From positions 1-31,580 of IMG/VR virus record IMGVR_UViG_3300026851_000046: DNA of 31,580 bases; one strand, given 5' to 3'. Below, piece after piece: positions 8,446 through 16,800 of the stretch. Numbering within the stretch: the stretch's first letter is position 1; each line of letters begins with the position of its first letter. Source of the DNA: a virus. Lineage: Duplodnaviria; Caudoviricetes. Made by a program: the position numbers and the translations under genes. The notes under the pieces were generated by a model that saw only the letters and a list, made by a program, of their open reading frames with translations, had not been told where the DNA came from and did no database searches.

Positions 8446-9051
8446 TTAAGTTCTGCGCGGCGGATGCATGTATTCGGATTGCGGATCGCCAATCCGCCAA
8501 GCCTGCGCGGCAAGAGCGGTATCGATTGGCAATCCGTCTATGTCAGAGATGCGGGGGACGCCTTCAACGATGATGCCGTTTCTCGGGCATTCGGCTTTCA
8601 GAAAGCGGCCCGGTTCAGGAAGACCAGGAAGCGTCAGCTCGATAAGCTGTCCGATATCGCCATTGCCGCTGTCGTTGATGACCTTGGCCTTGAGAACAGA
8701 CAGCATTCTCGGCCATCCGATTATTGCTGCGCCAGCCGCGCGCTGTTCAACATTCTCAGCACGAATGACTTCGTTGGGATCAAGCGTTTCCCGGTTTTCT
8801 ATCCAGTGGGCCGGAACCTTGACGCCGTGCCAGTGGTAAAGCACCCAGCCATCTCGCCAGAGGTGCGAAGGTCCAGACCAGACCTGACCGGCCGAATAGG
8901 TGAAACCGGCCATAGAGACGATCTCGGCAATGCCTGGCTGATCTGCATGGATCGCCGCATAATCGCGGTGTGACATGCCCTTTTCGTGCAGAACCTCGAT
9001 TGGGAAAGCGGGGCCGCCGTCTGTCTTTGCGCGTTCGCTCATAGTCATCAC
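8446..9051 (-). CDS. chimeric ORF: GGPAFP/GMSxRDY-type N-terminus fused in frame to a DUF6745-like C-terminus
   Basis: Abrupt switch at ~8875 from ...GQVWS to GPSHLWRDGWVLYHWHGVKVP...NVEQRAA. Confidence 0.6.
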   Translation of the reverse strand: MMTMSERAKTDGGPAFPIEVLHEKGMSHRDYAAIHADQPGIAEIVSMAGFTYSAGQVWSGPSHLWRDGWVLYHWHGVKVPAHWIENRETLDPNEVIRAENVEQRAAGAAIIGWPRMLSVLKAKVINDSGNGDIGQLIELTLPGLPEPGRFLKAECPRNGIIVEGVPRISDIDGLPIDTALAAQAWRIGDPQSEYMHPPRRT

Positions 9052-9296
9052 TCCGCCGCTTCCCGACGACCGATGACGGCGCCGTGGACGATGGGGTTGA
9101 AGCTGTTGCGCATCGCGTTGTAGGCGACTTGGACGGAGAGATTGTCGTCGGCTGCAAGAGCAATCTGACGTTTGAATTCATCCACGCACTCAGGGCGGAC
9201 TACGCCAGCATCGAGCAGTTCCTGCATGATCTGCTGCTTTGTCTGGCGTGGGCGCGAGCGAAACTCTTCCATGCGCTCTTGGATGGACTTGCTCAC
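9048..9296 (-). CDS. phage hypothetical protein
   Basis: 82 aa, coupled on both sides. Confidence 0.6.
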   Translation of the reverse strand: MSKSIQERMEEFRSRPRQTKQQIMQELLDAGVVRPECVDEFKRQIALAADDNLSVQVAYNAMRNSFNPIVHGAVIGRREAAE

Positions 9297-9652
9297 AGCG
9301 TTGCTCCTTGAACATAAAGGCCTTGAGCGGCGTGGGTGATGTTGCCTTCGGAAGGACGGCGGGCGCTGTAGACGACTGGAGCGGGCTTGCCGTTCTCAGC
9401 CTCGACCAAATCAAGGAACACGCTGTCGACGAATCCGCCCTTGCCAGTCGCGCCGGTGTATTCGTCGCTGATGTAAGCGCCGTCGCCGCCAAGCTCATAA
9501 GCAAGCGCCTCAAACGTCGCGAAACAATCAGCCATGAGAGCGCGATAAGCTTCACGGTTTGTTTCTGCCGATGCCTGCTGCCTCATCGTGCCGGATGCGC
9601 GATCAGATGCGGCCTTCAATGCGTTCAGGTGGCTTTCGATTGAGTGGCTCAT
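9293..9652 (-). CDS. phage hypothetical protein
   Basis: 119 aa with GAGGA RBS. Confidence 0.7.
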   Translation of the reverse strand: MSHSIESHLNALKAASDRASGTMRQQASAETNREAYRALMADCFATFEALAYELGGDGAYISDEYTGATGKGGFVDSVFLDLVEAENGKPAPVVYSARRPSEGNITHAAQGLYVQGATL

Positions 9653-9715
9653 TTGCTCATCCTCAGTGGTTGAGATCGAATTGGAGATCCGCCCGGAGAC
9701 GGATGCCGAATGCGA

Positions 9716-9916
9716 TCAGGCGGCAAGAGAAGTGAGATGTATGACGGGAAGATCAGTTTGTTCATCGGCCATCATTATCCGGTAGCCAATGTACGGAGCA
9801 TCCTGAACCACCTTGACCGGAGCGTTCATTGCGTCGGCATGCGCCACCACTTTTTCTCGGTTCTTCCAAAAGTCTGTGGGGAAACAAATCTCTACGTGCT
9901 CGACTGCATTTTTCAT
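9716..9916 (-). CDS. first gene of the leftward early operon, hypothetical
   Basis: 66 aa MKNAVEHV with GGAG RBS, just downstream of PL. Confidence 0.6.
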   Translation of the reverse strand: MKNAVEHVEICFPTDFWKNREKVVAHADAMNAPVKVVQDAPYIGYRIMMADEQTDLPVIHLTSLAA

Positions 9917-9991
9917 CGCTGATCTCCGGTTCTTGTGGTGGCAGCGAGATCGGCGGGTGTTGGTGCTTCTTCGTCGCTGCTGTTGGAAATG

Positions 9992-10042
9992 AATGTGCAA
10001 TACGCACACTGAGTTGTCAACAGTAAAAGTGCAAAAAGCACA
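9992..10042 (-). promoter_or_regulatory. PL promoter with two CI operators (OL)
   Basis: TTGACA at 10020-10015; TGTGC-N5-GCACA at 9994-10008 and AGTGC-N5-GCACA at 10028-10042, same motif as at cI/cro. Confidence 0.8.
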
Positions 10043-10079
10043 TTTTGATTGACGGAAACCGAATCGTGGAGTTATGACT

Positions 10080-10512
10080 GTCGCCAAGTGATGGGCGACC
10101 GGGTGCAATTCCTCGCTCTCACACTCACGGGAGCCTACCCCGAATAGGGATGGCCTCACGGCTTGCCGGATACGTCTGGAGAGTTCGTGCAGTAGGGTTG
10201 CGGTGGTGCCGTCTCGTTGGGTCAAGTCGTAGGTAGGGACCGCATAGGGTGTCTGGGCATCCAATGAAAAATCCAGAGGGAAGGCGCAACGACATGGGAC
10301 TGCACCCCGGCGCATGAGGCTCCTGAGCCAATAAAAATGCAGCATGAAGCGGACAGGCAACGCGCCGACATATGGCGTGCCGTGGATGTGTGGATACCTC
10401 AAGGCTCGTCCGAGATGGAAGTCCAATGCACAGGAACCCGGCGGTCGAGGTTTGCTCGGTCGGCTAGGGATTTCTGTGCGTTTCCTAAGGTCTGAACCGG
10501 CTGGAAGACCGG
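10080..10512 (+). ncRNA. putative large structured RNA or leader
   Basis: No credible ORF; TTGACG(10049)-N17/18-TATGAC promoter upstream; many nested helices identified by eye. Confidence 0.5.
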
Positions 10513-10562
10513 AGAAACAAAGGAATTACAGAGAATGTGGATAGGTAGAAGGATACGTACCC

Positions 10563-11000
10563 ATGATGGATCTGAGCAAGACGCCGCGATGCGCTGCATA
10601 CCTGAAAGCCATGCGCGGGAAGCCTGACGAAAGCGGAATGAACGAATACTGGCTGGCGCTCTGTGTCGCTGAAAGCTTCTCTGAAAAGGCGCTGAAGAAA
10701 TTCGGCGGAATAAACTTCCACGTCATGAAGGGGCCAGCACTTTTGAAGCGGATGGAAGAATTCTTGGAATACCATTCCAAAGACAGAGCAAAAGCATCAA
10801 AGAAAATGAAGATGACGGCCTCACCACTGGATACGATCACGGCCGCTGTCTCAAACGAGGAAATCGAAGCAGCCAAGACCCCGAAAGGCGCGTGGAAAGC
10901 GGCGCAGCTTGCAAAGTGGGGCGTGTCCTGGCCACCGCCGAATGGCTGGCGACGGAAGCTTACCGCAAACTATGAGTATTCGATATCTGGCAGCGCGTGA
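10563..11000 (+). CDS. accessory protein with C-terminal W-rich WGVxWPPPxGW domain
   Basis: 145 aa, AAGGA RBS, opposite strand to flanking operons. Confidence 0.75.
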   Translation: MMDLSKTPRCAAYLKAMRGKPDESGMNEYWLALCVAESFSEKALKKFGGINFHVMKGPALLKRMEEFLEYHSKDRAKASKKMKMTASPLDTITAAVSNEEIEAAKTPKGAWKAAQLAKWGVSWPPPNGWRRKLTANYEYSISGSA

Positions 11001-11002
11001 GC

Positions 11003-11030
11003 AAAAAGAAACCCGCCATTAGCGGCGGGT
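11003..11030 (-). terminator. Rho-independent terminator, possibly bidirectional
   Basis: ACCCGCC-6nt-GGCGGGT preceded by AAAAAGAA. Confidence 0.7.
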
Positions 11031-11105
11031 CCCTTCACGATACGCGATACACAGTCGTACACGCAGGTTTCTGGGGCTGCGTGGGTTCATAGTGCGGCAC
11101 TGCGG

Positions 11106-11121
11106 TTAAGGTCGGGTTAAC
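11106..11121. promoter_or_regulatory. CtrA-binding box
   Basis: Exact TTAA-N7-TTAAC in intergenic DNA. Confidence 0.6.
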
Positions 11122-11143
11122 GGGAAACCCGCCGGAGCGGGTC

Positions 11144-11641
11144 TCAGTTATTCGGGTTTTTGTATGGAGCAGGTGCTTCTCTGCCGCTTCCCATCATTCG
11201 GTCGTTCAGCGCGCGTAGAAGCGTGTCGATCTTTGCATTCAACTCGGTGTTGCTTGATGACAGCCCGTCGATTTGCGGCTGAATACGCTGAGAGGATGAC
11301 TGGGCGGCTCGTTCAGCAACTTGTTGGGCATCCATGCCCAAACCAAACCACTGGGCGCCGTAAGCCATGATCGCGATCACAACGGCCACCACACCTATGC
11401 CGGTCCCTATGACGGTTGACCTCATCCCAGAGGTTGATCGCTCGACATGCTCCATTCGCTGATTGATAAGCTTCAGTTCGCCGAGAAGTTCTGCAAACTT
11501 CGTATCGGTCCTAGCTTCGGCGGCAGCGATTTTGGCGTCTACAACTTCCATACCCTCAAATGTGCCACCTCCACCACCTTGTTGCAAGGGCGGAGATATC
11601 TGACCGGCATCCCCATGTAGATTGTGGATCTCAGCCGCCAT
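11144..11641 (-). CDS. single-pass membrane protein, last gene of the cI operon
   Basis: Coiled coil-TM(VIGTGIGVVAVVIAIMAYGA)-coiled coil. Confidence 0.7.
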   Translation of the reverse strand: MAAEIHNLHGDAGQISPPLQQGGGGGTFEGMEVVDAKIAAAEARTDTKFAELLGELKLINQRMEHVERSTSGMRSTVIGTGIGVVAVVIAIMAYGAQWFGLGMDAQQVAERAAQSSSQRIQPQIDGLSSSNTELNAKIDTLLRALNDRMMGSGREAPAPYKNPNN

Positions 11642-11987
11642 TCTGTGGACCCCCTAGCCCAAATAAGCCACCTAATTGGGGCTGTTGCATCCTCGCTCTT
11701 CTCTGCCACCACTGATCTATCGAGAACATGGAATAGAGGTCGATATGGCCGCAGTGTGTGCATAATACACGAACGCATGGAATGTGGCGGCTCTGGCTCA
11801 TATTCACCAACCCCTCAGGGGTAGAAGTGTACGAACTCGACCGCGGAATGAAACCCTCGTCTCCAACGTCAATATACGGCATTTTCGGGAGAGTGTTGCA
11901 TTTCATGCAAACGTAAGTCAGCCCGGTATCCGTCGCAAACTCATGAAAAACCTGAGGCGTTAGCCAAGGGTATGGATGGTTGCTCAC
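11631..11987 (-). CDS. zinc-binding protein in the cI operon
   Basis: CMKC...CTHCG; overlaps both neighbours. Confidence 0.7.
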   Translation of the reverse strand: MSNHPYPWLTPQVFHEFATDTGLTYVCMKCNTLPKMPYIDVGDEGFIPRSSSYTSTPEGLVNMSQSRHIPCVRVLCTHCGHIDLYSMFSIDQWWQRRARMQQPQLGGLFGLGGPQNGG

Positions 11988-12178
11988 TGCTTCTTCACCT
12001 CGTCCCGTTTCATCAGCTCAAGCTCTTCTGCGCCCAGCGCCGCCTCGATCACTGCATCCACCTCTGGCAAGAAGCTCTCCCACATCGGCCTATCATTGAA
12101 CCTCGTGTTTTCCGGCACGTCGCTAAGGCGGCAAAGGGCGCGCGCTGCTCGTTCGCGGGGAGGCTGGGGGCGCTTCAT
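11984..12178 (-). CDS. small conserved-type hypothetical protein coupled to cI
   Basis: PRERAARALC...RPMWESFLPEVDAV; ATGA overlap with the cI stop. Confidence 0.7.
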   Translation of the reverse strand: MKRPQPPRERAARALCRLSDVPENTRFNDRPMWESFLPEVDAVIEAALGAEELELMKRDEVKKQ

Positions 12179-12882
12179 GGCTTCCTCAATATCCAGAGAA
12201 CCTTTCCGATTACACGGATGCTTTCGCCAAGGTTCTTCTCGTTGAGAATGATTGGCTCTTGATGGGCTGGATCAGTGCTTTCTGGCCATAGCTCAAAGCC
12301 GGAAGCGGCCTGACGAACACGCTTTGCTGTTCGCTCAATCATCTGCCCCTCGAATCGGCTTCTTTCCACAACGACCAGATCGTCCGGCATGATGTCGACA
12401 CGCGCCATGATGACGTTGAGGCAGACGAGCCGATCGCCATGGGCGGCAATCTTGTTCAGGCAGTTTCCCTCAATCTTGAGAGCAAATTGCCACTCGACAG
12501 GATATCCGCCCACGCTCGGTACGAATTCCTCGTCTTCATATCCGAAGTCCATATCGTCAACGCTCATCCAGCTATTCGCGGCCACCTTTCCGGAAACTTT
12601 GACGGATCCAATGGGCGTTGAAACTGGAACAAGCTCCTCACTCTCCACTTTGCCTTTGGGACCGGCCCCCTCGCCAGTCAGTAGCCAGCCCTCACTGACA
12701 CGGTACGCCTTTGCGTAACGAGCTGCCGCGCGCGTTATACCTCTGGTGCCGTTTTCATGCTGAGCATAGCTGTCGTACTTCCAGCCGAAATAGTTCGCGG
12801 CGGCTTTCGCCTCCTTAAACCCTCTCGCAATTCTGGCTTCTTCGAGCCGTTTTGCAGGCTCTGGGCGATCATCAAATGTCAT
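12175..12882 (-). CDS. cI: CI-like repressor (XRE HTH + S24-type C-terminal domain)
   Basis: RLEEARIARGF...YAQHENGTRG HTH; GKVAAN, FALKIEGNCL, TAKRV, VIGKV; divergent from cro. Confidence 0.9.
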   Translation of the reverse strand: MTFDDRPEPAKRLEEARIARGFKEAKAAANYFGWKYDSYAQHENGTRGITRAAARYAKAYRVSEGWLLTGEGAGPKGKVESEELVPVSTPIGSVKVSGKVAANSWMSVDDMDFGYEDEEFVPSVGGYPVEWQFALKIEGNCLNKIAAHGDRLVCLNVIMARVDIMPDDLVVVERSRFEGQMIERTAKRVRQAASGFELWPESTDPAHQEPIILNEKNLGESIRVIGKVLWILRKP

Positions 12883-12884
12883 GA

Positions 12885-12950
12885 TGTGCAAAAAGCACGA
12901 AATTGGTGTGCGTTTCGACTTGACGAAGCGGTGTGCGTTATGCACATAAT
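12885..12950. promoter_or_regulatory. OR operators with PR/PRM
   Basis: TGTGC-N5-GCACG 12885-12899, half site at 12907, TGTGC-N5-GCACA 12932-12946; TTGACG at 12920, CACATAAT at 12943. Confidence 0.8.
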
Positions 12951-12956
12951 GCCCCC

Positions 12957-13178
12957 ATGGAAAACGAACTCGACATCAAAGCCCTGCGGCAGAGCATCAA
13001 CTGGAAACAGGACCGTCTTGCGCGTTTCCTGGGAGTTGATCGCTCCAGCGTTGCCCACATGGAAAATGGCCGTCCCGTTCGCGGGCCGGTGAAGCGCCTC
13101 CTCGAAACATTGGCTGCAGCGGCCAAAGTTGGGAACGCCGACGCCCTGTGCCCGGAGATGAGCGAGGCGGCGGAATGA
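12957..13178 (+). CDS. cro: Cro-like HTH protein
   Basis: IKALRQSINWKQDRLARFLGVDRSSVAHMENG; no RBS, probably leaderless. Confidence 0.85.
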   Translation: MENELDIKALRQSINWKQDRLARFLGVDRSSVAHMENGRPVRGPVKRLLETLAAAAKVGNADALCPEMSEAAE

Positions 13179-14236
13179 ACATGCTGCCATCCACGATCAC
13201 CCCTTCGAGCGCCAAACTTCCGGCCAGTTACGAGAACGCGAAAACGGCTTTGGCCAACTGCGTTTCGCTCGATGAATGCATGACTTGGGGCGACAAGATG
13301 GAGGCGCTGGCTTCCTACGCCAAGCAGTCCAAAGACGACGAACTGATGAAGATGGCCACCCGCATCCGGGATCGCGCCATTCGTCGGGCAGGTGAATTGC
13401 TCAAGCAAATAGACGGTACTGGGAATAACCAGCATGGTGTGGGCACCCATACCAACCTCTCGCAAAGAGAAGTCGCTGAACAAGCTGGGATGTCTAAGCA
13501 CCAGCAGGTGCAAGCAGTCCGTGTCGCCAATGTCCCAGCCGAAGATTTTGAACGTCAGGTCGAAAGCGAGAAGCCGCCGACCGTGACCAAGCTCGCGCAG
13601 CAAGGCACTAAGCCAGCGCCTAGAGCAGTTGTCGATCTCAATCGACTGGTTGAGGATGGCGTTCTGCCAGGTCTTGAGGATGCCGTTGATGAGTTCGGCG
13701 GCATCGAAGAGCAAGACCCAACCGAAGAAGAGCTTGCTGCCGCAGCAGCCACGCAGGCAGCGAACAGCAACAATGTGACCCGGATGCAGCAGGCAGCGAA
13801 CGATGCCGCTCCAAGGACGCTCTATGTGCGCCGTGACGTGCTGAACCGTGCCGACATCGTGAAGTGGGCCGAAGGGCAGGGCTTCACAGACATCGTGCCT
13901 GACCTTCATGTGACCATCGCTTACTCACGCGAGCCGGTTGACTGGTTTGCAGTGGGTGAAAGCTGGTCGCCTAAGCTGGAGATCAGTGCAGGCGGCCCGC
14001 GCCAGATGGAAGCGCTCGGAGATGATGGCAAATACAAGGCTTTGCTGATCACCGCATCGGAGCTTCGCTGGCGCCATGCTGAGATTGTCGAGCGCGGTGC
14101 GTCTTGGGATTGGCCGGAGTACCAGCCTCACATTTCCATTCAGATTGGCGGCGACATCGATCTGTCTAAGGTCGATCCGTATCAGGGCAAGATCATTCTC
14201 GGTCCCGAGATATTCGAAGAACTACGCGAGGACTGA
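13175..14236 (+). CDS. chimeric ORF: early-gene N-terminus + portal (DUF1073-like) C-terminal tail + Acb1-like 2H-phosphoesterase
   Basis: Switch at ~13640 (...RAVVDL|NRLVEDGVLPGLE); LHVTIAYS (13907) and YQPHISI (14129) motifs. Confidence 0.75.
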   Translation: MNMLPSTITPSSAKLPASYENAKTALANCVSLDECMTWGDKMEALASYAKQSKDDELMKMATRIRDRAIRRAGELLKQIDGTGNNQHGVGTHTNLSQREVAEQAGMSKHQQVQAVRVANVPAEDFERQVESEKPPTVTKLAQQGTKPAPRAVVDLNRLVEDGVLPGLEDAVDEFGGIEEQDPTEEELAAAAATQAANSNNVTRMQQAANDAAPRTLYVRRDVLNRADIVKWAEGQGFTDIVPDLHVTIAYSREPVDWFAVGESWSPKLEISAGGPRQMEALGDDGKYKALLITASELRWRHAEIVERGASWDWPEYQPHISIQIGGDIDLSKVDPYQGKIILGPEIFEELRED

Positions 14237-14240
14237 ACCA

Positions 14241-15386
14241 ATGCAATTCACTGATCGACTTGCGCTCGACGGGGCTATCCGTCGGACGGCAGACGGCTAT
14301 GGCGTGCTTTCGGCCAAGGTGGCCCGTGCAGACAACGTTCAGCTTTATCTCGGCTCCGAGGTAGGCATGAACGACAAAGCCATCGTGCGGGTCTACCGAC
14401 CCGAAAGCGAAGTGTTCAAGAAGGACGCCATCGCCAGCTATGCCGGTGTGCCTGTCACCATCGATCACCCCAAGAACGGCGTGAATGCCGAGACATGGAA
14501 AGACCTTGCTGTTGGCGAGGTGGGCGACGACGTTCTGCGAGATGGCGAATTCGTCCGCGTCCCCATGATGCTTCGCGATGCCAAGGCGCTGAAGGCTGTT
14601 GAGGACGGCAAGCGCGAGCTTTCCATGGGCTATAGCGCCGAGATCAGGTTTGCTGATGGTGTGACGCCATCGGGCGAGCAGTTCGACGCCATCATGTCCG
14701 ATTTCAAAATGAATCACGTTGCGATTGTCGACAGGGCACGCGGCGGGGAAGAGCTTCGCATTGGTGACAGTGCGATCAAGTGGGGCGCCGCCCCGATTAT
14801 CACCACTGACAAGGAGACAGTCGACATGACTGAAGCACTTCGAACTGTGGTCGTGGACGGACTGTCGGTTCAGACGACCGATCAGGGCGCCCAGGCTATC
14901 GCAAAGCTGCAGAAGGACCTGGAATCTTCCGCGGCGAAACTCGTTGATGCCAACAACGCCCACACGGCGGCGCTGGCTGCCAAGGATCAGGAGATCGGCA
15001 CCCTCAAGGCCGAGAACCAGAAGCTCAAGGACGGCCAGATCAAGCCGGAAGACCTTGACCGTCTGGTTGCTGATCGCGCCACCCTTGTTCAAGTCGTCAC
15101 GGCGATCGACAGCAAGATCGAGATCAAGGGCTCCGACGCCGATCTTCGCCGCGCCGCAGTCAAGTCCAAGCTCGGCGACGAGATGGTCAAGGATGCATCC
15201 GACGACATGATCACCGGCATGTTCCGGGCGATTGCCAAGGACGTCAAGCCGGCCGATCCCTTTGCGCAGGTCCTCAAGGATGGCGTCAAGCAGACCGACA
15301 CCAACACCATCAGCACGGCCCACAAGGCCATGACCGATCATCTCACGTCGGCGTGGATGGGCTCTAACCAGAAGGGGGCCGCATAA
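14241..15386 (+). CDS. DUF2213 prohead protease/scaffold
   Basis: VYRPESEVF, PVTIDHP, ELSMGY, NHVAIVDRARGG. Confidence 0.9.
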   Translation: MQFTDRLALDGAIRRTADGYGVLSAKVARADNVQLYLGSEVGMNDKAIVRVYRPESEVFKKDAIASYAGVPVTIDHPKNGVNAETWKDLAVGEVGDDVLRDGEFVRVPMMLRDAKALKAVEDGKRELSMGYSAEIRFADGVTPSGEQFDAIMSDFKMNHVAIVDRARGGEELRIGDSAIKWGAAPIITTDKETVDMTEALRTVVVDGLSVQTTDQGAQAIAKLQKDLESSAAKLVDANNAHTAALAAKDQEIGTLKAENQKLKDGQIKPEDLDRLVADRATLVQVVTAIDSKIEIKGSDADLRRAAVKSKLGDEMVKDASDDMITGMFRAIAKDVKPADPFAQVLKDGVKQTDTNTISTAHKAMTDHLTSAWMGSNQKGAA

Positions 15387-15823
15387 TGCCTGCGATCCAG
15401 ACCACCTACGCAGCCACTCACGCCCGCTGGGTTGAGGGCATGATCCCCAACATGGAGCCGAACGACATCGTTACCCGCATTGCGGAAGATGTCGAGGGTA
15501 TCGGCTTCGGCAAGGTTTGCGTGCAGGGCACGCTCGATAACCAGGTTGTGGACTCGGAAGCGACCGTCAAGTTCGCCGGTATCGCTGTCCTCGATACAAC
15601 CCGCCCGACCGGCAAGTACGAGCAGTATGACAATGTCGCCGTCATCAAGAAGGGCGTCATCGTCGTGCAGGCCTCCGAAGCCGTGGCCGTCGGTGACCCC
15701 GTCTACTACACCCCGGCTACCGGCGTTCTTTCCAAGACGTCGACCTCCAACACCCTCATCGCAGGCGCACAGTGGGACACCAGCACGTCTGGTGCCGGTC
15801 TCGCAGTGCTGCGTCTCGGCTAA
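15386..15823 (+). CDS. capsid decoration/cement protein
   Basis: Position between protease and MCP; KKGVIVV...VAVGDPVY. Confidence 0.8.
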   Translation: MPAIQTTYAATHARWVEGMIPNMEPNDIVTRIAEDVEGIGFGKVCVQGTLDNQVVDSEATVKFAGIAVLDTTRPTGKYEQYDNVAVIKKGVIVVQASEAVAVGDPVYYTPATGVLSKTSTSNTLIAGAQWDTSTSGAGLAVLRLG

Positions 15824-15837
15824 CAGGAGCGATCTCA

Positions 15838-16788
15838 ATGAACATGCATATGAACGACGCTCAGCAGGTCGCGATGAGCTTTCTCATCCGGCAGGCTTCG
15901 CTCATCGAGCCCACCGCCTACGCGATGCGCTACCAGGAAATCCAGTACGCATCGCTGATCCCGGTCGACACGTCGGCGCCGGAATGGATCCAGTCCGTCA
16001 CCTACTTCTCCATGGATGGTGTCGGCAAGGCGGAATGGTTCAACGGCAACGCGCAGGACGTGCCGAAGGTCGAGCTGACCCGTGAAAAGTTCGAAACCAG
16101 TGTCAGCATGGCCGCCATCGGCTATGGCTACACCCTGGAAGAACTCGGCACGGCCCAGCTGCTCGGCATGAACCTCTCCTCCGACAAGGCGACACTTGCT
16201 CGCCGCATTGCGGAAGAGAAGATCGACGCTGTTGCCTTTGTTGGGGATACTGCGAAGGGCCTCACCGGTCTCGTCAACTCGTCCACCCCGACCGCCACAA
16301 CGGCGCCGGCTGACGGCACTGGGTCGGCAACGACCTTCGCCAGCAAGACCCCCGATCAGGTGCTTCGCGACATCAACGGCCAGCTCACCGGCATCTTCAC
16401 CGGCACGCTTGGCGCCGAGATCGCGGATACCATCCTCCTGCCGTACTCTGTGCTGCTGGACCTCTCCACCCGTCGCATCGACGCGGTGAACCAGACCACG
16501 ATCCTTGAATGGGTCGAGCGCAACAACATCTACACCCGCACCACGGGTCAGGCGCTCACCATCCGCGGCGTGTTCGGCTACCTCGACACTGCTGGCGCAG
16601 GCGGCACCAAGCGAATGGTTGCCTACCGTCGCTCGCCTGAAGTCCTGAAGATGCATCTGCCGATGCCCTTCCGCTTCATGCAGCCCTGGCAGACCGGACC
16701 GATCAAGTTCGATGTTCCCGGCATCTTCCGTGTCGGTGGCGTCGATATCCGCCGGCCGAAGGCAGTGAGATATTTGGATGGGATTTAA
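15838..16788 (+). CDS. major capsid protein (DUF2184 family)
   Basis: GYGYTLEEL, AFVGD...GLVN, RMVAYRRSPEVL, GGVDIRRP; AGGAG RBS. Confidence 0.92.
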   Translation: MNMHMNDAQQVAMSFLIRQASLIEPTAYAMRYQEIQYASLIPVDTSAPEWIQSVTYFSMDGVGKAEWFNGNAQDVPKVELTREKFETSVSMAAIGYGYTLEELGTAQLLGMNLSSDKATLARRIAEEKIDAVAFVGDTAKGLTGLVNSSTPTATTAPADGTGSATTFASKTPDQVLRDINGQLTGIFTGTLGAEIADTILLPYSVLLDLSTRRIDAVNQTTILEWVERNNIYTRTTGQALTIRGVFGYLDTAGAGGTKRMVAYRRSPEVLKMHLPMPFRFMQPWQTGPIKFDVPGIFRVGGVDIRRPKAVRYLDGI

Positions 16789-16800
16789 GGAGAGACGAAC

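Noticed and set aside
8868..8895. GGTCA GGTCT GGTCT GGACC 5-nt periodicity on the - strand at a junction
   Set aside because: Only 3-4 units inside a coding frame, with no promoter or terminator.
9917..10426. N-terminal extension of the 236-aa ORF 9716..10426
   Set aside because: It crosses PL/OL and the structured region; the real start is probably ATG 9916 with its RBS.
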